A stretch of DNA of 63,708 nt, filler included, from Collodictyon triciliatum (taxonomy: Eukaryota): the NCBI GenBank assembly GCA_043381765.1. It is 3 parts of 3 records of this genome, joined end to end, with 100 filler letters (N's around TTAATTAATTAA, not from the genome) between each part and the next. Parts side by side here need not be neighbours in the genome. Positions count along the whole stretch, not along the records: positions 1 to 26,659 come from JBHJMP010001013.1; positions 26,760 to 53,356 come from JBHJMP010001015.1; 1 more part is not named here. One strand, written 5' to 3'. Below the pieces are notes generated by a model, which made no database searches, was not told the origin of the DNA, and saw nothing but the letters and a program-made list of their open reading frames with translations. Shown here one piece after another: positions 24,918-36,877 of the stretch (within the stretch, counting starts at the first letter, position 1; each line of letters opens with the position of its first letter). Both the position numbers and the translations under genes were made by a program.

Positions 24918-24982
24918 AAAAATGCTGCCTATCGTGTGGCTTTACCCTCTTGCACTTTGAATCGAATAAAGAGAAAAATGCT
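24918..24982 (+). mobile_element. Short LINE 3'-end insertion (copy D)
   Basis: GCCTATCGTGTGGCTTTACCCTCTTGCACTTTGAATCGAATAAAGAG between AAAAATGCT repeats (24918-24926, 24974-24982); its 5' part resembles the LINE 3' UTR at ~17905-17945. Confidence 0.75.
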
Positions 24983-25863
24983 ACCAAATACATATCATTG
25001 GAGATATAGGAAGAAATTTGTAATGATAAATTTACATCCGAATATATGACTTGCCTCTTCTCTTGAAACAAATAATTTCTGAAGTCATGATATAATTCAT
25101 CAATTGATGTTTTAAAAGCCTAAAATTTGAATCCATATTTATTTTCTTCGTTAGGATTCGATACCTTTGAAAGGGATAGAGAAAAAAAAACGTCCATGCT
25201 GAGTAAGATATGAACTTGAATGAGTTGATATTTGGGAGGAGGAGGAAGGTTTCTGATGCCATTTCTCACTTTTTCTGTATAACGATATGGTGTTTTTTAT
25301 TTTTAATACGAGCATGGAGAATAAAACTACACCTTTTCAGGGGATGATGATGGTGCTTTGGATGTTTGGACTAGTATCCACAAAACTGATAGGTGAAGCT
25401 CTAGGTAAAAGGTCATTTTTTGCGTGACACAACCAATCAAGATTTGATAATACATGCAGAAAATGATACTTCCAAGGCATGATATCGGTTTACATAATGT
25501 ACTTAAAAAGACACTGTCGTATACTTCAAGTCAAGTGAGGGGAAATTTTTTCTTATTACATCAAAGATTCTATATACTAAGACATAGGCGTAGATATTAA
25601 AATTGGCCAAAACTACAGAAAATATATCATGTGATTAGTATCAATTCAAACCTTCGATTAAGGCTATTTCAGATAAGAGCTTGTCATCCTTCATCCTCTG
25701 TAATTCATGTATTTTTCCTTCCTTTCCATTCTTTTAGAACTTGCAAGTTGTGTGCTACCAGAGATGCTTTGGTTAGCCTTTCATTCCTGTTAAATATTCA
25801 TAAATAAAAAATGCGTCATTTTGGAACATACTATACGGATTCGATTGTGTAATTATTTTTGCT

Positions 25864-25934
<71 letters not shown>

Positions 25935-26577
25935 TTCTCTACAATGATCCAGGTATATCGAGATGAACATCACATGTTTCGAAATTTAGTGATTGGGACC
26001 GAAACCAAGTGATTTGTAAAAATAGATAAAGGATTTCAAACGCTTGGTTTCTGAAGTTGAATTGTAGTCCTGCATCTTTGTCTAAAGTATTTATCAAGCT
26101 GAGTAATAAATATCCATCTTCTAAATCGCTCGCGATATCTGCTGCTTTCAGGTGTATTGGTCGAAGTTGCAAATTGATCCATTCCAAATATACCTACCAA
26201 GGTATTAGGAATATGAGTAGCAAGACATCGATGTCGATATGGTAAGCTAGGGGAATGAAATCAAGTAATATTTTTACTCACACCAGAACAGGCCAGATAA
26301 ATAGAAGTCAAGTTCATCTCTGAAGCTACTCGCCGCCAACCACTTTCTGTAAAACCTGCGCCAGTGACTTGAACCACTCAACTATATTAGAATGGCTATG
26401 ACAAAAGATAACACCCGCTTAATTGAAACTATCTTAGTGAGAGGATGTGCCTTGTTGAAAAGTTTCGTAGAAGGGTAGAGCTTCTTGATTCCGATCGTAT
26501 GATCTATGGCCGGCTACTTAATCTTCTTATGCACTCAATGCCTGTCATTATATACGTTGTTTTTGTTTTTTTTTTTT

Positions 26578-26659
<82 letters not shown>

Positions 26660-26759
26660 NNNNNNNNNNNNNNNNNNNNNNNNNNNNNNNNNNNNNNNNN
26701 NNNTTAATTAATTAANNNNNNNNNNNNNNNNNNNNNNNNNNNNNNNNNNNNNNNNNNNN
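26660..26759. other. Assembly gap with artificial six-frame-stop spacer (N..TTAATTAATTAA..N)
   Basis: 100-nt N block with TTAATTAATTAA at 26704-26715; identical structure at 53357. Confidence 0.95.
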
Positions 26760-26914
26760 TTTTGTTTTTTGTTTTTTGTTTTTTGTTTTTTGTTTTTTGT
26801 TTTTTGTTTTTTGTTTTTTGTTTTTTGTTTTTTGTTTTTTGTTTTTTGTTTTTTTAATCGTTTGGTTTGTTTTAGCTCCATTCTTTTTATCAACAACAAA
26901 TACTTTGATAGGTT

Positions 26915-29077
26915 ATGAGGGAAGGACCGAGCAGAAACCAAGAAAGCACCCTATTATTTCTTGGAAAGAATACCATCAAGTTAATCAATGAAAGAGATTC
27001 TACATGCAGAATTTTTTTCGGGAAGAAATTGGAACAGATATGCAACAAGTACATGCGATATTTCTTGGCACCTTCTTTTTTACTATGGTTGGTTGCTGTG
27101 GGATTATATGCTAAGGAATTGAATCGTGGTAGTGAAAATATAAATTATGTCTTGTATGCCACTTCCATGCTTCCGATATGCATGATGGCTTCGATATTAC
27201 TTTTGTTCATAAAGCCAGTGTTCATCGACTGCTTCAAGTTTTTCGATACCCTCTATATCCTTACAAATATTTTGGTTAACACTGCACTCCTGGGCTATGT
27301 AACAAAATCTCAATTATCTAATACAGTTACAATAATATTTATGTATCTGTTAAGTTATTTAAATGCACTATTGATGGACTCCGGAAACAGTAACTTCAAA
27401 CACAGTGATGTTATGTTTAATTCTTTAACAAATAAAGGCATAATGGCGGAGTTGAGTAATATTCAATCGAGTATATCTGATAATCAAGAAAGTATTGCTA
27501 GAAACATTTGCCTTAACAGCGGTAACCTAATATCGGCTTTTTCGACTTCTAAGCTTATCAAAGAAAAAGGCATTACAGTTAAAAAAATTCTCAGAACGGG
27601 TGGCGTTTTTTACAAAGTACTTTTTAATTTAATCGCAATCACCATAGGGCTTCTGATGCAACTATATATTTTCTTTATGACTAGATTCGCATGGGCTTCA
27701 TACAATAATGTCATGATATTAGATCATTCACTGGTAAGACTATCTGTCGCAGAAGTTCTTGCATTTACATCATTCAATACAATAACATTTCTTGGGAAAA
27801 GGATATATTTCTTGATACTCAACCCATTTAAACTTCGATGCTATTGTCTTGGAATGATTCGAATTCCTTTGGTACCTGAATGGGATGTAATTATTGCTAA
27901 TTACAAAGAGCTTAAACGAGGAAAACTCTTTTGCAGGACAAATATAATTCCATTGTGTGGTCAGGGCCATGGTAATTCAATTAATCCAAGAATTTCACCA
28001 AACACTTCATCCATATCAGACTACTTTAAAACCTCAACGTTCACCCATTCAGCTATCTATTTGTCGGAGGATTTTCTATCATCAAATCGTATTTCAGCTG
28101 TTTTTCCATGCTCGGAATCAAATATAGAGTTTTCGGATATCCCACCACTCAAGCGGTTCATGGTGTGCATGACCTCATCCATTCAAAACGTTTTTCGGGT
28201 TTTCATCAAATTCAGCGATGCGATTTCTTTAGTGTCGCTTGTCCTGTGCCTGGTTGAGCTCACCCAAACAAATAACGCCCTTTCAAAGGCATCATTTTAT
28301 TTGGGGACCTTCTCGACAGTTATACAACTTTTAATGATGCTTGGGTTTTCTGGAAAGCAAATTTTTTACTCGGTCACTTTTTTTGAGAACATATTCGTTC
28401 TGGGCAACATTATGGTTCTTTACGTAACCATGGCCGATATGTTTGAGTGGAATGGTAACAGGTCTTATGTAACTGCGCCATTTCTCTGCATTTTTCTCGT
28501 TCGATCGATCTTATTTGATTCGTTTACTGTCAGCTTCACTCGCTTCAGGCGGTATCTTCTTAAATGTGTTGTAGTCAACTCTGATCTGGAGGCTGAGATG
28601 CCTTTTACTTGCTATGTTTTGTGTTTATTAAACAAGCATAAGAAAACAACCTCAAACATGAACTCTTCTGACAACCAAGAGCTTCTCTGGCCGAATGAGG
28701 ATATTCAAATGACATGGAAGGAGAGACGAGCATACATGAAAATATTTGGATACTTTCACATATCTTTGTGCTTTTTCAGCCCAGTGCTTCTTCTTATTCT
28801 GCTAATAATTTGCCAAGGCTCACTTTTCACTAATGTCAACGAAAGGACGACCGATATGGGGTTAGTTCAAGGAAAGAATGTCTCTATATTTAAAGGGGCA
28901 CTTTTCAACCTTGCAATTTTTTTCTTCAAAAGACTGTATCAGTTTATCGATAACCCGCTGCTATCTTCCACAATAACTGAGCCATACTTTCAATATCCTC
29001 TTACACGATCTGTGGTATCTGAGATAATCTCACAGCAGAAAACTATTTTAACGCCTTCACAGCCCAATCACGCGTAG
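26915..29077 (+). CDS. Uncharacterised multi-pass membrane protein (720 aa, one uninterrupted ORF, two-fold internal repeat)
   Basis: Long open frame with many hydrophobic segments; the halves share motifs (FKFFDTLYILTNILV / VTFFENIFVLGNIMV; LLMDS / ILFDS; FNTITFLGKRIYFLILNP / FNLAIFFFKRLYQFIDNP). An acceptor-like TAG just before the ATG means a further 5' exon is possible. Confidence 0.8.
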   Translation: MREGPSRNQESTLLFLGKNTIKLINERDSTCRIFFGKKLEQICNKYMRYFLAPSFLLWLVAVGLYAKELNRGSENINYVLYATSMLPICMMASILLLFIKPVFIDCFKFFDTLYILTNILVNTALLGYVTKSQLSNTVTIIFMYLLSYLNALLMDSGNSNFKHSDVMFNSLTNKGIMAELSNIQSSISDNQESIARNICLNSGNLISAFSTSKLIKEKGITVKKILRTGGVFYKVLFNLIAITIGLLMQLYIFFMTRFAWASYNNVMILDHSLVRLSVAEVLAFTSFNTITFLGKRIYFLILNPFKLRCYCLGMIRIPLVPEWDVIIANYKELKRGKLFCRTNIIPLCGQGHGNSINPRISPNTSSISDYFKTSTFTHSAIYLSEDFLSSNRISAVFPCSESNIEFSDIPPLKRFMVCMTSSIQNVFRVFIKFSDAISLVSLVLCLVELTQTNNALSKASFYLGTFSTVIQLLMMLGFSGKQIFYSVTFFENIFVLGNIMVLYVTMADMFEWNGNRSYVTAPFLCIFLVRSILFDSFTVSFTRFRRYLLKCVVVNSDLEAEMPFTCYVLCLLNKHKKTTSNMNSSDNQELLWPNEDIQMTWKERRAYMKIFGYFHISLCFFSPVLLLILLIICQGSLFTNVNERTTDMGLVQGKNVSIFKGALFNLAIFFFKRLYQFIDNPLLSSTITEPYFQYPLTRSVVSEIISQQKTILTPSQPNHA

Positions 29078-29654
29078 ACCAATACTTAATAAAATCACGA
29101 TTTAACTATCGAAGACGTAGACTAACCATCAGCACCACAACCTTCTCCTGATTTTCACAGACCGTTTCTTGTCCTCAGATGCCTGTCTATCCCCACCATA
29201 AATCGCTCTCTGTCGACCATTTACCAAACGTACTTTTCAATTACTTTTTCTTATATTTTTATGCTTGAAGAACATAACGTGATTTGTTTCATCCATAAGC
29301 GCTCTATTCACCCGCCACCCTTCGGACCGCTTAGTCGCATCACATTTTTTATTTATGAAATTAATTTCTTTGTATTTCATATTAATCTATTTTCCAACAT
29401 TATGGTCTATATACTCTAAAGTTAACACAATTATTGAAAGCATATTATATTATCCAGTTTTGGTTGCCTGTCATTGGTGTTCATTCCTCCCTTTCTATCG
29501 CATTGGAAAAAGATATAGCAAAAGGCTGCCGTGATCTCAGGAAACAAAGCACGATGGAGCTGTCATTGGCACTGGGCTAAAAACCACAAAGGCTTGGCAT
29601 TCACTCCACATCGACACTAACATTAACTTGGCAGGAAGTTAAATTGAAGAGAGG

Positions 29655-29999
29655 ATGGATCCAAAGCTCACTTGGCCTTCAACAGCAATCTCAAACTGCG
29701 CGCAGAACTACCACAACCTTGTTTCTCTACTGTGCCGCGATCCAAAGTGAGATTTTGATTGGATTTCGCTACTTACGTTCTTGTTTGCACTTCCTTTATT
29801 TCTTTAGTTTTTTTTTTATCATTTGTTTTTGGTGGTGTTATTTGTTTTTGTTTTTATAATTTTATATTTCACTCGATTTCCTTTATCACATAAACTTCAT
29901 GCGCATTAACTACACCTTCCTTGGCTGTGTGCAAACGTGAATGCTGATGGTTGTTTCACAATAAGAATATGGCTTCTATTCAATTCAAAGATTCTTCTC

Positions 30000-30078
<79 letters not shown>

Positions 30079-33000
30079 CCAAGATTAACTTAAAATTATG
30101 CAGTTATTTCGTAATCATATCAAATACGGCGGATTCTTCTGATCGAGACACCATCGCACGCTTAATCGTTCGGTTGGCCACTCTTACGAGCCGATGTCTC
30201 CCAATTTTAAACATATTCATCTTTCAGGAATTTGATTCAGGTAAAACAAATCCATCTACGATACTTCGCGCAAACAGTACGGCGTCTAAGATGCAAACGG
30301 CATACTCAAGTTAGTTTTTTTCTTGCTTCTCTTTTCTGAAGTGTTTTTACCAATTTTCTTAATTTGAGTTTGAGAAAGAAAGGAAATTAACCCAGTAGAT
30401 CCAATTTATGGATTCTAAATGATATAGTCTCCTTTACATCTTGGAAATAAATGAATTTATATTGAAAGTCCTATAATTCAGGGCATGTATCTGGCGCTTA
30501 CTTGTGTGAAATAATCGGTGACTTGTTGATTCGAGTCATTCACAATGCAACCGATTCCCTGGAAATCAATCCCACGTAATTTCACATTTTATTTGTTCTT
30601 GTATAGTCTCTCATTTATGAAGTGACCACCCATCCCACTTCATAGAAAACTTCTTGGTCCGGACAAAGCTCGGCTAGTTGTTGAGAACCAACAAAAGCTT
30701 CTGCAAACTGCACAGCAATTCTTTGATCGAATAGTTAGCCCTGAAAGTGTCCAAAAGATGCCAGCAGAGATCAAGTATTCATTCCATACACAACATACTG
30801 CATTTGTTGAATGGTATGGATATAATCAACTGATTAATTGCATGTCATCTCGATAAAAGGGGTATCGCTCGATTGATATCAAAATATGCTGATGGAATAT
30901 GTCCTTCGATGAAAAACATTCTTGTTGGCGGATTCATAATGTTACGGTACTGATATCAACCTGCTGATTTATGCTGACATTGCTCCCAGAGAAGAACAAT
31001 ATAATACTTTGCATAAAGATAAAAGGTTAAGACTTTGCACCAATCTACAGATTCTTCAACCCAGCACTTTTGACACCTGAATCTTTTGATTTGATACCCG
31101 CCGATGAGACCATACCTGACACTTCAAGGAGGAATCTCACACTGATTACAAAGCTCCTTCAAGTATGACCGGGTTTCATTATTTCAAAAACTGATTTTTC
31201 TTTGTTTTATTTATTTTTATTGGTATTTATTTATTTCTGTATCTATGCATCTATTTGATTATGGGGCATTTACTGAGCGTTCGTCTAGAACTTGTCGAAC
31301 AACTTGCAATTTGGGTCAAAAGAAGAATACATGGTTCCTATGAATACATTTATCGTTTCAAACAAAGATAAAATGTCTGAATTTCTGGAAAAAGTTGGCT
31401 CCCATATTTCAGACGAAGGTAATTATTGCTTATGGTTGAGCTTCAATTATATATCATTTGACCTTTCGGTTGGATTTTCTCCAACATGACTTCTTTTTCT
31501 TTTCTTTTCTTTTCTTTTCTTTTTCTTTTTCTTTTTCTTTTTCTTTTTCTTTTTCTTTTTCTTTTTCTTTTTCTTTTTCTTTTTCTTTTTCTTTTCTTTT
31601 TCTTTTTCTTTTTCTTTTTATTCTTCCATTCAATTCCCTTTTCTTTTTCTTTCGTATATATTTTAATTTTTTTTCCACTTCAATTAGAATTGAGCGTTCT
31701 GATTCAACCAAGCCGTGAAATCGAAAGCTTCTCAGTCCACGAAGTTGGCCTTGTGGAATTGGTGCGACGTCCTAACTTCTACAACTACTAATTCATCTGA
31801 ACCCACTTTTCTAAATTATATGCTGGTGATACATAGGCAAAGATTCATCGATTAGCATACACTTATCAAAGCAAGATAGCTGATTCTAGGCCATCAATCG
31901 AGCCATTTGGTGAAGGTAAATCATAAAGTACAACATCGGTTTATTCATGGTTTGTTTCGTAAAATTAAAACTTTACCACATTTGTTTTGAAGCTGAGGAG
32001 ACCGACTTGGATATCTTTGTGAAACTCATGAAAGAGATGGGACCTCCTCCGGTTGTGACAAAGTCGAGAATGGTTCGAATGCCATCTGCGGGCTATTCAT
32101 CGAGCATAGGGAAAGGTAAAGCTTTGCAAATTCTAAAGAGAACCCCAATTTCTGAATAAATTAATTTTTTTCATAATTGACAATCTTTAAAATTCCAAAA
32201 TGTAAAGAGTGGTTATATTGTCAGGGCAAAAATAATTACCCCTTCAATTAAGAGGGAAAACAGAGTCCAAACAAATATTCATAATTTCTCAATGTATATG
32301 AAAACTGCTAGAGAGTAGTATATGTCCTGTAGACACCAAATCATTTTGTGCTGCCTTGAGTCCAAGGGCGCAGCTGTCACTTTTCAATGATATGGAGCAA
32401 TCCAACTTCTTTTATCAGGTTGGTACAAAATAGAATATCAAGACATTTCCTATTTGAAAGTTTAATCATAAACTCGTTTTCAAGTTTCTTTTTAAAAGTT
32501 CTTTTTTTATTTTTGATAAAATACTCCTGTCTCAGGGCCCAACAAATAAAACAGGACATCCTGTTTTTTACATGATTGCGTCCAGGTAGGTTTATTACTA
32601 AAAGCTGGCTTGCTATTTATTCTTTTGTTTTGTTTTTTAAAAAATCCATTATTGTTATCGACATACTAAACCTTCAATTCTATGTCATTTATTTTCTAGG
32701 ACGCAACCTTCTCATATGTCTAACCCTGATAGAATAGCGTCGTTCATCAGAAAGGTAAACCCAATGCTTCTGTTTATTTTTATTATTTATAAAAAAGAGG
32801 AAAAACACTGAAATCATACTATTGAGCTTTGTAGTGTGTCAATTTTCTGAAGCAAATATTTATTCATTATGATTATACTGCTTTGTATTTGTTTGTATTT
32901 GTTTGTTTGATTGTTTGATTGTTTGATTGTTTGATTGTTTGATTGTTTGATTGTTTGATTGTTTGATTGTTTGATTGTTTGATTGTTTGATTGTTTGATT

Positions 33001-35869
33001 GTTTTTTCAGGTGATGGGGTCTGCTCTTAACGGGCCATATGCACTTGCTGTCGATATGTCTTGGAGTAGCATGACGAACGAAATGCAACGCAATATTTAT
33101 GAAAACATCTCAGACTTTTGGTCAAAATTCGATCGCCAGTATGATTATTACTTTCATTTGCCATATTCAAGGGTAGTTAATCTTTATTCTACCATTTTTT
33201 CCCCTTTATTCGATTCAAAGTAAATCTTTATTCTAGGATTATTATCATGTCCTATTCTTTTTATTATATAAGACACACGATACCCCTCTTATATTAACAA
33301 GCATTTACTCATAAACTAAAGAGAGAGAAAGAACATGTCAGCTCTTTACATTATACATCCGTCTCCATTTACAAGTTCTGTTATATTTTTGATGAGAGCA
33401 TTTGTCTCGCGAAAATTCAGTCGGAAAATCTTTGAAATATACAATTGGAAAATGCTTTCCCAGCACATTGATCCATCAAAAACCATGCTTCCAGAAGAAT
33501 CTAGAGATTATATTACGAAAGCCCATCACGTTGTAAGTTTTTCTAGCTCATTCTTAATTCTTGAGAAACCACCTGCCACTAAGTAAATCCCTCCTTGATA
33601 TTTATCATTTCTTACTTTCTGAGGAGATTTATTTAATTATTTAGACAAAGGTGAATGCAAAAGGAAAACATCAAGAAAGGTATTTTGAATATCAATTATT
33701 ACCTCAAGCTGGGGTGTCTTGCAGAGGGTTTATGTTGCTGAAAATTGCTCATTTACAAACTAGACTGATCAAGTTTACCCAAAATTCAATCTTGAACATC
33801 GATCCGTCATCAAAAACCATACAAAATGAGAAAAAGCTAACAAACATAAAGTCCATACAAGTTTCACAATCCGAACCTGAAATAACTCTTCATTTTGACC
33901 AACAAGAAGGTTCTTTTGTTAAAAAAAAATGATGATTCCTCCCTGCATCAGAATAAAAATACATATCTTATTCTCAAAAATCGATACATTTCCTTCTCTT
34001 TTTTTCCCAAACACAACCAGGGAGCGTATTTGGTGGTAAAACATCGTTGTTTTCATTTGCCAAGAATGACCAAGACTCCAAAGTTCGGAAATATCTTTGT
34101 AAAACCAGTGAGGTAAGAATACTCTTTGCATTTTTTCCACAAAGTTATAGTAATTGGTCATTTGCCTCGTTGCACAAAACTGTGAATATCTTTAATGCTG
34201 GTGGAAATATGAACTTATGGTACGCTCCAATAATTAATGAAGGAAAGAGATGAAATACTGATGGACCTTTTCGAGAGAGCTTTTTTCCTCCCATTGACTA
34301 AACACCCACAAGAAACTACAGTGATCAAGATTAACAAGGCTGGAAAGCGCCAGGTGATTTCCTCTTTGATATTTTCTAATGACATTGTTGTTTCCGTACA
34401 TGCGTTATCTTTTTACTAAATTATCGAAGTCCGTACTTTTTTTTTTGAGTTTTTGTATTTAACCCCTATTTATTCTGAATTTCTTTAATGAATATCTACA
34501 GCTTTTTTGAACCGAATAAAGGAATGAATATCCACAACTTAATCAACTGTTTTATATCCTTATTTCCATAGGAACGATTGCTGAAGTTAACCTGTGATTC
34601 CATACTCAATCTGCACGAAAACTCGATACAGTCAGAAATCAGCTTCGCCGGAATTGAAGAATGCAAACTTGAAACTGAAACCACCAATTTATTTTCATTA
34701 AAATTTAAAGTATGAATTTTCTGTATGTTTCTCCACTAATTAACTATATATGTATATGTATTTATCCATCCATTCTGTAAAATAATTATTATGTTTTGAA
34801 AATACAACTTACATGAAAAGCATGAAGAGAAGAAGAGGCAATTCATCTGTCCGATTGCGAAGGATATATGCGAATCCATACAGGTAAGTCGATCATTTTA
34901 ATGTGCGGAATGAACCAACTACTAAAGGTATTACATACTTATTCAAATTTTCTTACTAAAAATCTTTAATATTTACCAGGAGGGACTGAAAAAGTACACA
35001 CAGGCCACGCTGGAGATTGAACAGCAGAACAGATTGCATATTCAAGGTACTTATTGTATTCATAATTTTTTATTCCACTTGCTATAATTTACATGCATTG
35101 ATTGCATTGCAATCCGTATAAATCGTGGCTAAGTTCAGTAGCGTTGTTCATGAAAGAGAAGGTTCGGTTACAATTTTTTGATAAAAAAAAAATCCGTGTA
35201 GATATACAAGTCCGTAACGCCCGCGACCTTTGACGGGAAAATTGCTTTTCAAGAAGTGAGCTAGCTAATCAATTTTTTCCCGCCCAACAAAATCTCTTCT
35301 TTTGGGAGACGGTGATTATTTTTTCTATGTTGATAGAAGGATAACCATCATTTTGCCACTTCAAAAGAAACATTCCGATTCATTGCGGAATAAAAAGACA
35401 ACTGAATAAGCTCCAGTCTGCCCTTTTTTTTTCTTTTCTTTTCATCTTTTGTTTTCTTTTGTTTTCTTTTGTTTTCTTATGCTTTAATATGCTTTATTTT
35501 GTTTTATTTTTTTCTTATGCTTTAATATGCTTTATTTTGTTGTATTTTGTTGTATTTTGTTTTATTTTGATTTCTTTTGTTTTCTTTTGTTTTCTTTTGT
35601 TTTCTTTTGTTTTCTTTTGTTTTCTTTTGTTTTCTTTTCTTTTCTTTTCTTTTCATCTTTTGTTTTATTTTGTTTTCTTTTGTTTATTTTGTTTTATTTT
35701 CTTTTCTTTTCTTTTCTTTTCTTTTCTTTTCTTTTCTTTTCTTTTCTTTTCTTTTCTTTTCTTTTCTTTTCTTTTCTTTTCTTTTCTTTTCTTATGCTTT
35801 ATTTTGTTTTATTTTGTTTTATTTTGTTGTTGTTTTCCAGGTAAGGTCGAAGAGTTTTTGGAACAATAG
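29655..35869 (+). CDS. Neurofibromin-like RasGAP: RasGAP + Sec14/CRAL-TRIO + two PH-like domains (multi-exon)
   Basis: TILRANSTASK (arginine finger), SLEINP, GGFIMLR|FFNPALLTP, RRNLTLITKLLQ|NLSN, FGSKEEYMVPMNTFI; NF1-type Sec14 FFYQ|GPTNKTGHPVFYMIASR, PYALAVDMSW, LYIIHPS; repeated PH-like KVNAKGKHQERLIKFTQNSILN and KINKAGKRQERLLKLTCDSILN; last exon GKVEEFLEQ* ends at 35869. The start codon is inferred. Confidence 0.85.
32903..33002. repeat. (TTGATTGT)n intronic microsatellite
   Basis: Direct inspection. Confidence 0.9.
33179..33235 (-). mobile_element. Ultra-short LINE 3'-end insertion (copy E), intronic
   Basis: TTTTTTCCCCTTTATTCGATTCAAAGT between AATCTTTATTCTA repeats (33179-33191, 33223-33235). 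Confidence 0.8.
34487..34536 (+). mobile_element. Ultra-short LINE 3'-end insertion (copy F), older and diverged, intronic
   Basis: TTTGAACCGAATAAAGG between AATGAATATC(T/C)ACA repeats (34487-34500, 34523-34536; one mismatch). Confidence 0.7.
35424..35836. repeat. Degenerate (TTTTC/TTTTG/TTTTA)n pentamer array in the last RasGAP intron
   Basis: Direct inspection. Confidence 0.9.
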
Positions 35870-36877
35870 CCGCACACGGCACTGGTATTATCGGTGGTCG
35901 TGCACACTAATTAAATAGAATAAAATAAAAACATCACCCATTAATCAAGGGAAAAAAGAAGCTGAAGAAATTTGCTGTGCATTAGTTTTGCCGACAATTA
36001 TCCATTAATTTTTAAGTGGTTCTTAGTTACTCCCTGGTGTTTGGTGGAAGTGCCATCGCACTTAATGCAGACATGAGAAAAGGTGGTGTGTACCAGGGCA
36101 ATCACAAAGTCTCAATCTTTCGAGGGCACGACGGTGTAAAGCTTCGTAATCTCTATATATGTGTTAACAGTGTTAATATCACTATTATTAGTATATTTGT
36201 TGCTTAATCAGGTTACTATTGCGGTATAAATGAAATTCTAATATAAATTCCACATATTAATAATATTCAATCCAACCCATATTTAATCATACTAATTGAA
36301 AAGCCTCATTTATTTATCAAAAATTGTGTATCTTTCTGCACACACATGAACATTCTAAGAAACGTGATTAAAACGATTGTTCCACGCAGGTGCGTTCCGT
36401 AGAACGAAATGCACCACAGCCTAAAGTCGATTCACCTGAATAAGAGAACCCACGAGTCCATGTTTTCAACAGTCGGATGCGCGAATAAAGCTGGAGCAGC
36501 AGATCCGTTCATCCTTGCAGCATTGACATACGTGTTGTGATCACCAAACGCTGGCTTCATCAAACGCCAGTCGCAACTTCACAAGCAGAGCCCCACAAAA
36601 TGCCAACAAACAGAGACAAGAAAATCTCATGCCAAGCCACCCTAACCTGCAATTAACTCGCTCAACACACACGCCCATAGTACCGACTGCATATACACAT
36701 ATTTATCGAGAAAAAAAAAAACAAGGAAAATAAAATAAAATATTTATCAAGAAAAAGCATACACCCCTCTCACAAACTCCTTGTGTATTCAGCTCCTCAG
36801 AAGGACAACTTTTTGCCCGCCTTCCTTACCTGCCCAGCCACCCCGACCGAAAGGAAGCCTCTCTCCATACCCAGCAA

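Larger units (their letters stand above)
19532..26370 (-). pseudogene. Large CH-domain/TPR/pentapeptide/extended SEL1-like-repeat gene, disrupted (ORFs 20680-24318 and 19532-20761 were one frame)
   Basis: Many A...IAECYENGWG...D...A..WY repeats; pentapeptide block AAKAMTILNFMNISFAQMDLSRIKVPSANLSNSILEGADLTQANL..VKFG; upstream exons with TPR-like helices (ILNKSLRIRLTAYG, GEFDEHVARILEHLG) and a calponin-homology signature (LEWINLQL..DIASDLEDGYLLLSLINTL..HNLQVLK..LSVLWILV). Lesions: a 38-bp insertion at 20714-20769 and an apparent 4-bp GGAA duplication near 25715-25725. The 5' exons are less certain than the SEL1 exon. Confidence 0.65.

Noticed and set aside
26704-26715. Palindromic TTAATTAATTAA inside N runs (also at 53401-53412) as a biological motif or piggyBac target
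   Set aside because: Identical, centred in fixed-length N blocks and gives stops in all six frames: an assembly spacer
26915-29077. Membrane-protein gene nested in an intron of the minus-strand CH/SEL1 gene
   Set aside because: The two are separated by an artificial spacer, so nesting cannot be supported
29973-29990. TTCTATTCAATTCAAAG as a seventh LINE-tail insertion (also TTCGAATCTGAATAAAC near 2634)
   Set aside because: Mismatched core and no convincing flanking duplication
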